Source of the DNA: Escherichia coli
GTDB lineage: Bacteria; Pseudomonadota; Gammaproteobacteria; Enterobacterales; Enterobacteriaceae
DNA length: 64,000 nt
Direction: 5' to 3' (one strand)
Assembly: GCF_024223415.1 (NCBI RefSeq)
Contig: NZ_CP100502.1
Shown: positions 1-6,742 of the stretch, one piece after another
Layout of the letters: each line of letters begins with the position of its first letter
Position numbering within the stretch: position 1 is the stretch's first letter
Made by a program: the position numbers and the translations under genes
Notes under the pieces: model-generated
What the model was told of the DNA's origin: nothing
The model's input: only the letters and a program-made list of their open reading frames with translations
The model's database searches: none

Positions 1-8
1 GCAAGGCG

Positions 9-314
9 TTGTCGGGTGAGCGAATGGCAGCCCGTGACAGAAATGCCGATCTGACCTGGATTCGCCAGCAACTGGTCGATGCCGCCTGGTTTGTCCGTGC
101 CACACTGGAAGCGCATGGGATGGGCGTCGGAAATGAGAGTCCCTCTGCTCCGCCGGAGACAATGCCGGACATACAGACACGGGAACTGGTTATGTTGATC
201 AAGCGACTGGCATCATCGCTGAAAGCGGTGAAACCCGACAGTAGCGTGGTGCGTGAAGCGCAGGACTGGCTGTGCGACAGAAAACTTGTGGATATCACAG
301 ATATTCTCCGGTGA
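9..314 (+). CDS. Hypothetical leading-region protein, probably the 3' part of a gene that starts upstream of the window (TTG at 9 unlikely to be the true start)
   Basis: ORF track 101 aa ending at 314; no recognisable motif; same strand as ardA. Confidence 0.3.
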   Translation: MSGERMAARDRNADLTWIRQQLVDAAWFVRATLEAHGMGVGNESPSAPPETMPDIQTRELVMLIKRLASSLKAVKPDSSVVREAQDWLCDRKLVDITDILR

Positions 315-776
315 ACCAGACATGTATATTTTACGCAGGGACACGCCGATCATGATCGTTTCATATCAGGGGTGGTCTGGAGGTCATGCGGCGTGTCCTC
401 TGCACTCGCCGGAATAAGGAAGTCGCCGGCGGCTCCGCTTTTACCCGGCCATGCGGGGCATGGCCTTGTGGGTTTTCAGCTCTGTGGCCTCAGCGTCGTG
501 TGCGGGCTGTGCCGTGCCTCCATCTTAGCCGGGCTGGCAGGGATGCAAGGGTACGCTTCGCCGCTGCGGTCACCCGGTCCCTCCTTCCCGTCTGCCGTGA
601 TTTTCCGGTCGTTCACCCGCTCAGATTTCGCGGTCTCACCCTCCAACTCCCGCCAGCCGTGTGCGTCAGGCTGCGGCTTCCCTTGCGCCCTGTGCATCCC
701 CGCCTTATCGCCCGGCTTTTATGGAGGCACGGCACCGCCCGGTGTCGCAGAACATGTGACTATGGAGGATTCGGGA

Positions 777-1277
777 ATGTCTGTTGTTGCACCTGCTGTA
801 TACGTTGGAACCTGGCACAAATACAACTGTGGAAGCATCGCTGGCCGCTGGTTTGACCTGGCCACGTTTGATGATGAACGCGACTTTTTCGCCGCCTGCC
901 GCTCTCTTCACCAGGATGAAGCCGATCCTGAACTGATGTTTCAGGATTATGAGGGATTCCCGGGGAATATGGCCTCAGAATGCCATATCAACTGGGCCTA
1001 TGTTGAAGGCTTCCGCCAGGCGCGGGATGAAGGCTGCGAAGAGGCTTATCGTCTCTGGGTGGATGATACCGGTGAGACGGATTTTGACACCTTCCGCGAT
1101 GCCTGGTGGGGCGAGGCTGACAGTGAGGAGGCTTTTGCGGTTGAGTTCGCCAGTGATACCGGCCTGCTGGCTGACGTGCCGGAGACGGTGGCGCTCTATT
1201 TTGACTATGAGGCGTATGCGCGGGATTTATTCCTGGACTCCTTCACCTTTATTGACGGTCATGTGTTCCGTCGGTGA
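777..1277 (+). CDS. ardA: ArdA antirestriction protein (DNA-mimic inhibitor of type I restriction-modification), 166 aa
   Basis: Internal Met of ORF 372..1277; strongly acidic protein beginning [28 protein letters not shown], matching ArdA of IncI1 plasmids as I recall it; the 372-776 extension is GC-rich leader. Confidence 0.85.
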   Translation: MSVVAPAVYVGTWHKYNCGSIAGRWFDLATFDDERDFFAACRSLHQDEADPELMFQDYEGFPGNMASECHINWAYVEGFRQARDEGCEEAYRLWVDDTGETDFDTFRDAWWGEADSEEAFAVEFASDTGLLADVPETVALYFDYEAYARDLFLDSFTFIDGHVFRR

Positions 1278-1624
1278 TTTACTCCCCCGCTCCGGCGGGG
1301 GTATGGCCTGCCAGGCCGCCGGAAAACCCTGGCAGGCTTACGCCTGCCTGAAATGCAGGAGGGCCGCGCCTGCGGCGCTGCCCTTCCTGCCCGTCATGGT
1401 GTGAGGCATTTTTCTGTTATGTCGTTTCTGTTGTTCTGATTTCCGGAGGCGGGGACACCTTCGGCTCCCGGCTGCCTGGCGGCATCCGGTCGTCAGGCCC
1501 GACTCCGACAGGCAGCTGCTGGCGCACCCGCCAGTCTCCGCCGAACCCGCTGGCGCGGTTTCGGGCTGCCGCTACGGTCCGATGTCTGAAAAACCAGGCT
1601 TGCAGCGACCGTTCCGGTCGCGCC

Positions 1625-1960
1625 GCCCCTGTCGCGCCGGAAACGGCGCTCCCTGCACACCTTACGGTGTGTAAGGCAACTGCGCCTGATGGCGCAGTCA
1701 ACCCTTCCGCCGCCACCCCTGCGGCCTGTTTCCCGCTGTGGACTTTCCGGGGGCTGGAGTAACCACATCCCGTTTCAGCAGTCCAGGGGAAGATATACCG
1801 TCCACAAAATTTTTAGCCATAAACCCGGCAAAAAATTTTGCGTCCGCCCCCGGACAGCTGCCCCGTGACGTGGTGACGGACGCCCCATCGGAAAGGTCCA
1901 CTGCGGGGAGAAACCCCGAAGAAGTGGACGGCAGAAGGGGCTTTCGCCCCTCCGGGGAGC
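1625..1960 (+). promoter_or_regulatory. Frpo/ssi-like repeat copy A (candidate single-stranded-DNA promoter), ending just before the SD/ATG of the 2006 gene
   Basis: ~330-bp element repeated at 4520-4855 with long identical blocks (e.g. ggcgctccctgcacaccttacggtgtgtaaggc at 1644-1676); position in leading region upstream of a gene reading toward oriT. Confidence 0.5.
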
Positions 1961-2005
1961 AACCGGTCGGCCCGGCGACCTGATTCAGCAGAAGGAGATG
2001 TTTTC

Positions 2006-2440
2006 ATGACAGTCAGCAGCACGATTTCCGTTTTTTGCCGCGACGGGGTGTTCCGTACCGTTTACTGCCACCTGCACGGGGAGCCGACCTGGAACGGTCG
2101 CATCCTGCATACTCACTATGCCACCGGTCAGCAGGCCGAAGCCCTGGTTGAACACGGTGATATCCGTTGCCTCGGTCCCCGTTGTGACAAACCCGCCGGG
2201 CATACGCTTCAGAACCCGGTGGACGGTGTGACGGCTTATTACGGACGTGACAGTGGTTTCCGGATGGACAGTGAGGCGCGTGAGTACCGTTCTTTCAGGG
2301 AGGCTATTGCCACTGAAAGCACTGAAGAGGTGCGCTTCCATTATGTGTTCATCGACGGCTACTGGAAGGTGATGTACCGCACGCCGGAAGGCTGGAAGAT
2401 GAAAGCGCTCGCGCTGGCACTGCGTCGCTGTCCGAAATGA
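2006..2440 (+). CDS. Hypothetical leading-region protein, 144 aa
   Basis: ORF track; SD aggag upstream of ATG; immediately downstream of Frpo-like copy A; followed by hairpin 2447-2467. Confidence 0.55.
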   Translation: MTVSSTISVFCRDGVFRTVYCHLHGEPTWNGRILHTHYATGQQAEALVEHGDIRCLGPRCDKPAGHTLQNPVDGVTAYYGRDSGFRMDSEAREYRSFREAIATESTEEVRFHYVFIDGYWKVMYRTPEGWKMKALALALRRCPK

Positions 2441-2446
2441 AAAAAA

Positions 2447-2467
2447 GGCAGGGCGATAAACCCTGCC
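2447..2467 (+). terminator. Hairpin (ggcaggg-N7-ccctgcc) after the 2006..2440 gene
   Basis: 7-bp GC-rich stem followed by a T/C-rich tract. Confidence 0.4.
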
Positions 2468-2531
2468 TCTCTCCGCCGTTACTTCCCCGCCAGGAAGAGC
2501 GGCAGTCATCAACAACATAAGGAGTAATATT

Positions 2532-2798
2532 GTGAGACCATCAATTATCTTCGCAACCGCCGAGTATGTAAAGCGTCTGCGTGAAGAGTGCCTGCGGGAG
2601 AATAAACCCCTGCACCGCCATACCCGCTTCAGACGTCAGGAGCTGGCACAGGATGAGATTAACCCGGACGTCCTGGCGATGAGCGGCCATATCGCCAGAC
2701 GCTGCAGTGAGCAGAAGCGGGTGCGTATCCCCGCTATGAAAGTCAGCGAATGGGGCCACCTGCTCCGCGCGCTTGAAATTGAGCGGGTCTGCCACTGA
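2532..2798 (+). CDS. Hypothetical small basic protein, 88 aa (GTG start)
   Basis: ORF track; same strand and operon position as neighbours; no recognisable motif. Confidence 0.4.
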   Translation: MRPSIIFATAEYVKRLREECLRENKPLHRHTRFRRQELAQDEINPDVLAMSGHIARRCSEQKRVRIPAMKVSEWGHLLRALEIERVCH

Positions 2799-2862
2799 TT
2801 AACCCTTGCCGTCTGCCTGTGCAGGCGGCAGGATACGTTCAGACATCTCACCAGGAGGAACC

Positions 2863-3804
2863 GTGAGTAAGAAGAAAAACACCACAACGCCCACGCCGCA
2901 TGATGCCGCGTTCCGGTCGTTCCTGGCGAATCCCGACGTCGCCAGAGATTTTCTGGAACTGCATCTTCCTGCGGAGTACCGGCAGTTGTGCGACCTGTCC
3001 ACGCTGAAGCTGGAACCCGCCACCTTTGTTGAGCCGGACCTGCATCAGTACGCCAGCGATATCCTCTGGAGCGTGAAAACCACCGGGGGTGAAGATGGTT
3101 ATGTTTATACGCTCATCGAGCACCAGAGCACCGAAAATCTGTACATGCCTTTTCGCATGTTACGCTACAGTGTGGCGGCGATGCAGAGACATCTGGAGCA
3201 GCACAAAACGTTGCCACTGGTCATTCCGGTGCTGTTCTATCACGGTGAGCGCAGCCCGTACCCGTACAGCATGAACTGGCTGGACTGTTTTGAGAATCCG
3301 GCGCTTGCGGCTAAAATATACACAAAGCCGTTTCCGCTGGTTGATATCACTGTCGTTGATGACAATGAAATCATGAACCATCGCCGGATGGCCGCACTGA
3401 CGCTGCTGATGAAGCATATCCGTCAGCGGGATATGCTGATGTGTCTGGACAACCTGGTCAGAGCACTGCAGGACATCCAGGATGAAGAGCAGATTACAGT
3501 TCTTTTCAACTATCTGCTTAATGGCAGCGAACATGTAACGGTTGAATTTTTGCAGACGCTGGCGCAGCGACTGCCGCAGCACGAGGACAGCATTATGACA
3601 CTGGCAGAACGTCTTAAGCAGGAAGGTATCCAGCAAGGTATCCAGCAGGGTATCCAGCAGGGTATCCAGCAGGGAGTTCAGCAGGGGGCGCTTCAAAAAG
3701 CACGGGAAATCGCCCGGGAGCTCCGGAACGCGGGAATGCCGGCAGCACAAATCTGTCAGCTGACCGGACTTTCTGAAGCTGAACTGAAGAACATCACTCA
3801 CTGA
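2863..3804 (+). CDS. Rpn-family (YhgA-like, PD-(D/E)XK) recombination-promoting nuclease, 313 aa, GTG start
   Basis: N-terminus VSKKKNTTTPTPHDAAFRSFLANPDVARDFLELHLP is typical of E. coli RpnA-E/YhgA-like proteins; SD aggagg at 2853-2858; C-terminal tail with GIQQ repeats; ORF-table start at 2806 is a TTG extension. Confidence 0.8.
   Translation: MSKKKNTTTPTPHDAAFRSFLANPDVARDFLELHLPAEYRQLCDLSTLKLEPATFVEPDLHQYASDILWSVKTTGGEDGYVYTLIEHQSTENLYMPFRMLRYSVAAMQRHLEQHKTLPLVIPVLFYHGERSPYPYSMNWLDCFENPALAAKIYTKPFPLVDITVVDDNEIMNHRRMAALTLLMKHIRQRDMLMCLDNLVRALQDIQDEEQITVLFNYLLNGSEHVTVEFLQTLAQRLPQHEDSIMTLAERLKQEGIQQGIQQGIQQGIQQGVQQGALQKAREIARELRNAGMPAAQICQLTGLSEAELKNITH
3625..3684 (+). repeat. Five tandem 12-bp units (ggtatccagcaR) encoding (GIQQ)n inside the Rpn C-terminal tail
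   Basis: Direct reading: ggtatccagcaa ggtatccagcag ggtatccagcag ggtatccagcag ggagttcagcag. Confidence 0.9.
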
Positions 3805-3812
3805 TGAGAGCC

Positions 3813-3841
3813 AAAAGGCCCGGCAAAATGCCGGGCCTTTT
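3813..3841 (+). terminator. Rho-independent terminator after the Rpn gene
   Basis: Stem ggcccggc / gccgggcc with loop aaaat, followed by tttt. Confidence 0.75.
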
Positions 3842-3865
3842 GCCAGCAGGAGCAGAGAAAACAGT

Positions 3866-4036
3866 ATGACGATTGCAGAACGTCTTATACAGAAAGGTTT
3901 TGAAAAAGGTGCTCTTGAAGTGGCGCGGGAAATAGCCTGCCGGCTTCGGGATATGGGCTGGACGCCGGAACGGATTCAGGAGGCCACGGGACTTTCCGGT
4001 GAAGAACTGAAAAAACTGTTTCCTGATGAGCAGTAG
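3866..4036 (+). CDS. Small protein (56 aa) paralogous to the C-terminal tail of the upstream Rpn protein (RpnS-like)
   Basis: Not in ORF track (<60 aa). ATG 3866, TAG 4034-4036; MTIAERLIQKGFEKGALEVAREIACRLRDMGW... aligns with the Rpn tail MTLAERLKQEG...ALQKAREIARELRNAGM...; hairpin follows at 4037-4053. Confidence 0.5.
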   Translation: MTIAERLIQKGFEKGALEVAREIACRLRDMGWTPERIQEATGLSGEELKKLFPDEQ

Positions 4037-4066
4037 CCTGGCATTCTGCCAGGCTGTGAACCACGC

Positions 4067-4318
4067 TCACACATCCTCTGCCGTTTCCCCCAGTTCATTT
4101 TCCAGACGCCTGATGATATCTGCCTTGCGCATCCCCTGCATGTGAGGCAGCAGGTCACGGACTGAAAGTGCCTGGGTGGTCCTCCAGACGGTGACATCCA
4201 CCTGTTCCGCATTTTCCCAGGCGTGCCATGTTCTCTGTGTCACGCCAAATTCTCTGGCCGCTTTTTCGCGTGACCAGAGCATGCTTTTTCGCCAGATTCG
4301 CAGTTCCCAGCCGGTCAT
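4067..4318 (-). CDS. Small helix-turn-helix (XRE/Cro-like) DNA-binding protein, 83 aa
   Basis: ORF track; HTH-like segment WSREKAAREFGVTQRTWHAWE; operator-like palindromes immediately upstream of its start. Confidence 0.55.
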   Translation of the reverse strand: MTGWELRIWRKSMLWSREKAAREFGVTQRTWHAWENAEQVDVTVWRTTQALSVRDLLPHMQGMRKADIIRRLENELGETAEDV

Positions 4319-4331
4319 AAAACACCTTTGA

Positions 4332-4420
4332 AAAAGTGAAAAAACTTCACTTTATTTTATCACCATAACCACCAAATCAGCGCGAAAAATAAGTGTGAAA
4401 AAGTGAAGGAATTTCACTTT
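4332..4420. promoter_or_regulatory. Promoter/operator region with two inverted repeats AAGTGAA-N-TTCACTT
   Basis: aaagtgaaaaaacttcacttt (4332-4352) and aagtgaaggaatttcacttt (4401-4420) directly upstream of the HTH gene. Confidence 0.45.
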
Positions 4421-4519
4421 TTTTGATTGTAGGTGTCGTGCTGTTTTCTCTGTTTTCACCTGTGCGGGAGTGGTGTGCCAGTGACCACCACATGCCATTG
4501 TTGCGCCGTCGTTTTTCTT

Positions 4520-4855
4520 CAGTCGCGCCGGATGCGGCGCTCCCTGCACACCTTACGGTGTGTAAGGCCACTGCGCCTGATGGCGCAGCTGTCTCTGCCT
4601 GTCTGCCGCCGCACTGCGGCCTGTTCTCCGCAGATGGACTTTCCGGGGGTACATACACGACCACATCCCGTTTCAGTCGTCCAGGGGAGAGATGTACCAG
4701 CCACAAAACTTTTTGCCGCAGGCGTCAAAAACTTTTGCGTCTGCCCCCGGACAACTGCCCCGTGACGTGGTGAGCGTCCCCCGTCGGAAAGGTCCACTGC
4801 GGGGAAATCCCCGAAGACCCGGACGGCAGAAGGAGCTTCGCTCCTCCGGGAAATG
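4520..4855 (+). promoter_or_regulatory. Frpo/ssi-like repeat copy B (candidate single-stranded-DNA promoter), ending just before the SD/ATG of the 4898 gene
   Basis: Paralog of 1625-1960; shares blocks ggcgctccctgcacaccttacggtgtgtaaggc and tggactttccggggg...ccccgtgacgtggtga...ggaaaggtccactgcgggga. Confidence 0.5.
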
Positions 4856-4897
4856 ACCTGGCTGACCCGGCAGTCGTGACGATGAGGAGACAATGTG

Positions 4898-5746
4898 ATG
4901 AATCAGACTTTACCCACTGCTGACCTGAATACTGCCGGCACGACAGATGTTATTCCGTCTGTGGCCATCGACCGCATCATCGCGCAGCGTAACGAAGGTA
5001 TTGCACTGTTCATGCAGGCGATGGAATGCCTGGCGACAGCGCGCAGGATTCTGCTTGATGCGTCAGGTGATATTTTTCTTTACGGTTTTGAAGACTGCGT
5101 GACCGACTCCGTTCGGTGCATGGATAAACCGGAAGAAGCGAAAAGGAATATCACCCGTCTTGCCGACCGGAAAATCTGGGACCGCCTGATGACGGATACG
5201 GGGATGTACACCTTCATGAGTTCATGTCAGCGTGATGAGTGGAACAGCCAGCTGATGAGCGACACCTGTCCTGAAATCACCCTGGACAATGTACTGGCAA
5301 CTTTTCGCCATCTGAATGCCAGTAAGATGCAGACATTTGAACAGGGACTGATTGATGTCTACCGGAAATTGTCATGGGATTACAGAACCAATAATCCCTG
5401 CCGTCTGGGCAAGAGAATCATTATTGAAAACCTGCTGTACCGCTGGAGTAACGGGCGTGTTACGCTGGACTGCAGCGGACGGGAGGCACTGGATGACCTG
5501 GTACGTCCGTTTTATCTGCTGGAGGGGCGCAACGTTCCTGACTTCCGGAGCAGCATCGGGGCGCAGTACGGTGAATTTATCGGGAACGGCGACAATGTCG
5601 GTAAGCTGTTAGAAGGGGAATATTTTACGGTGCGTGGCTACCAGAAAGGGACCGTACACATTGTCTTTAAGCGTCCTGACCTTGTTGAAAAACTGAATGA
5701 TATTATTGCACGGCATTATCCTGGTTCATTGCCGCCACGAGTCTGA
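4898..5746 (+). CDS. Hypothetical leading-region protein, 282 aa
   Basis: ORF track (4895 is GTG; ATG at 4898 has SD gaggag 8 nt upstream); terminator follows. Confidence 0.6.
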   Translation: MNQTLPTADLNTAGTTDVIPSVAIDRIIAQRNEGIALFMQAMECLATARRILLDASGDIFLYGFEDCVTDSVRCMDKPEEAKRNITRLADRKIWDRLMTDTGMYTFMSSCQRDEWNSQLMSDTCPEITLDNVLATFRHLNASKMQTFEQGLIDVYRKLSWDYRTNNPCRLGKRIIIENLLYRWSNGRVTLDCSGREALDDLVRPFYLLEGRNVPDFRSSIGAQYGEFIGNGDNVGKLLEGEYFTVRGYQKGTVHIVFKRPDLVEKLNDIIARHYPGSLPPRV

Positions 5747-5756
5747 TTAAACAGAA

Positions 5757-5787
5757 AAGCCCTGGTATTTATGCCGGGGCTTTTTTT
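5757..5787 (+). terminator. Rho-independent terminator
   Basis: Stem gccctgg / ccggggc followed by ttttttt. Confidence 0.75.
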
Positions 5788-5830
5788 CTGTAATCATCAT
5801 AATATCAGAACATGATGTGACATTGTCACA

Positions 5831-6172
5831 TCAATTGTTGTTCATATCGATGCCATCTTTCCTGGCTGAATCTGTCTTTTTAGATGCTGTTTTAGAGGAA
5901 GAACGGCGGGATGGCTTTTTCGATTCTGCTTCCCGAATAATGTCACGAAGTGCCTTCTCTCCTACTTCATACCCTGCATTTTTGAGCGTATCACGAACAT
6001 CTGCCAGTGTATAACCCTTTGTCCTTACCAGAACAATAATGTCATCACGAATGGCATCAAGAAAATCACGCAATGTTTTCCGTTGAGCGGTGAGATCTGG
6101 CAATTCCGATAAAGCAGCTTTTGCCAGCTGGATGTCATCATCTGAGTAAAATTTTTTAGAAGCCATTGGCAC
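5831..6172 (-). CDS. Hypothetical protein with Lys/Ser-rich basic C-terminal tail, 113 aa, adjacent to oriT and divergent from nikA
   Basis: ORF track; basic tail suggests nucleic-acid binding; function not recognisable. Confidence 0.45.
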   Translation of the reverse strand: MPMASKKFYSDDDIQLAKAALSELPDLTAQRKTLRDFLDAIRDDIIVLVRTKGYTLADVRDTLKNAGYEVGEKALRDIIREAESKKPSRRSSSKTASKKTDSARKDGIDMNNN

Positions 6173-6199
6173 TTTCTCTCCGTTTCATGTTGAAGTCTG

Positions 6200-6360
6200 A
6201 TTTTATCATCAAAAACTGACTCCTGGCAGGGCTGCGCCCTGCCTCTGCCGTCTGCATAAGACTATGATGCACAAAAATAACAGGCTATAATGGCCTGAAA
6301 AACGGGACAGGATGTGCAATTGTAATACCGTCACACGCGACGCTATTACAATTGCCATCT
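6200..6360. other. oriT region (origin of transfer); contains a perfect 12-bp inverted repeat gcaattgtaata (6316-6327) / tattacaattgc (6344-6355)
   Basis: Non-coding stretch immediately upstream of nikA-nikB; inverted repeat read directly; nick site not determinable by eye. Confidence 0.6.
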
Positions 6361-6399
6361 GGTCAGGGCTTCGCCCCGACACCCCGTAAGGAGCCTGAA

Positions 6400-6732
6400 G
6401 TGAGTGATAGTGCGGTAAGAAAGAAAAGTGAGGTACGGCAAAAGACAGTTGTCAGGACACTCAGATTCTCTCCTGTTGAGGATGAAACCATCAGGAAAAA
6501 AGCTGAAGATTCCGGACTTACTGTATCTGCTTACATCCGAAATGCAGCACTGAATAAGCGAATTAACTCCCGTACAGATGATGCTTTTCTGAAGGAGTTA
6601 ATGAGACTGGGAAGGATGCAGAAGCATCTGTTTGTTCAGGGAAAAAGAACCGGTGACAAGGAATACGCAGAAGTGCTTGTTGCCATAACCGAACTTACAA
6701 ATACATTGCGTAAACAGTTAATGGAAGGTTGA
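6400..6732 (+). CDS. nikA: NikA, relaxosome accessory protein (ribbon-helix-helix), 110 aa, GTG start
   Basis: SD aaggag at 6388-6393; 110 aa matches R64 NikA as I recall; directly precedes the relaxase gene. Confidence 0.8.
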   Translation: MSDSAVRKKSEVRQKTVVRTLRFSPVEDETIRKKAEDSGLTVSAYIRNAALNKRINSRTDDAFLKELMRLGRMQKHLFVQGKRTGDKEYAEVLVAITELTNTLRKQLMEG

Positions 6733-6742
6733 GGATTCTCCG

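Noticed and set aside
386-1404. ORF-track entries in the ardA leader and overlapping ardA (386..856, 476..697, 705..911, 949..1404)
   Set aside because: They lie in GC-rich non-coding leader or out of frame over the ArdA frame, with no SD or motif; ArdA itself starts at the internal ATG 777.
3625-3684. Possible CRISPR array at the 12-bp tandem repeats
   Set aside because: Units are directly tandem with no spacers and are in frame inside a coding sequence; no CRISPR array was seen anywhere in the window.
3160-3801. 213-aa antisense ORF across the Rpn gene
   Set aside because: Shadow ORF on the opposite strand of a well-supported gene; its repetitive LLDT segment is just the reverse translation of the GIQQ repeats.
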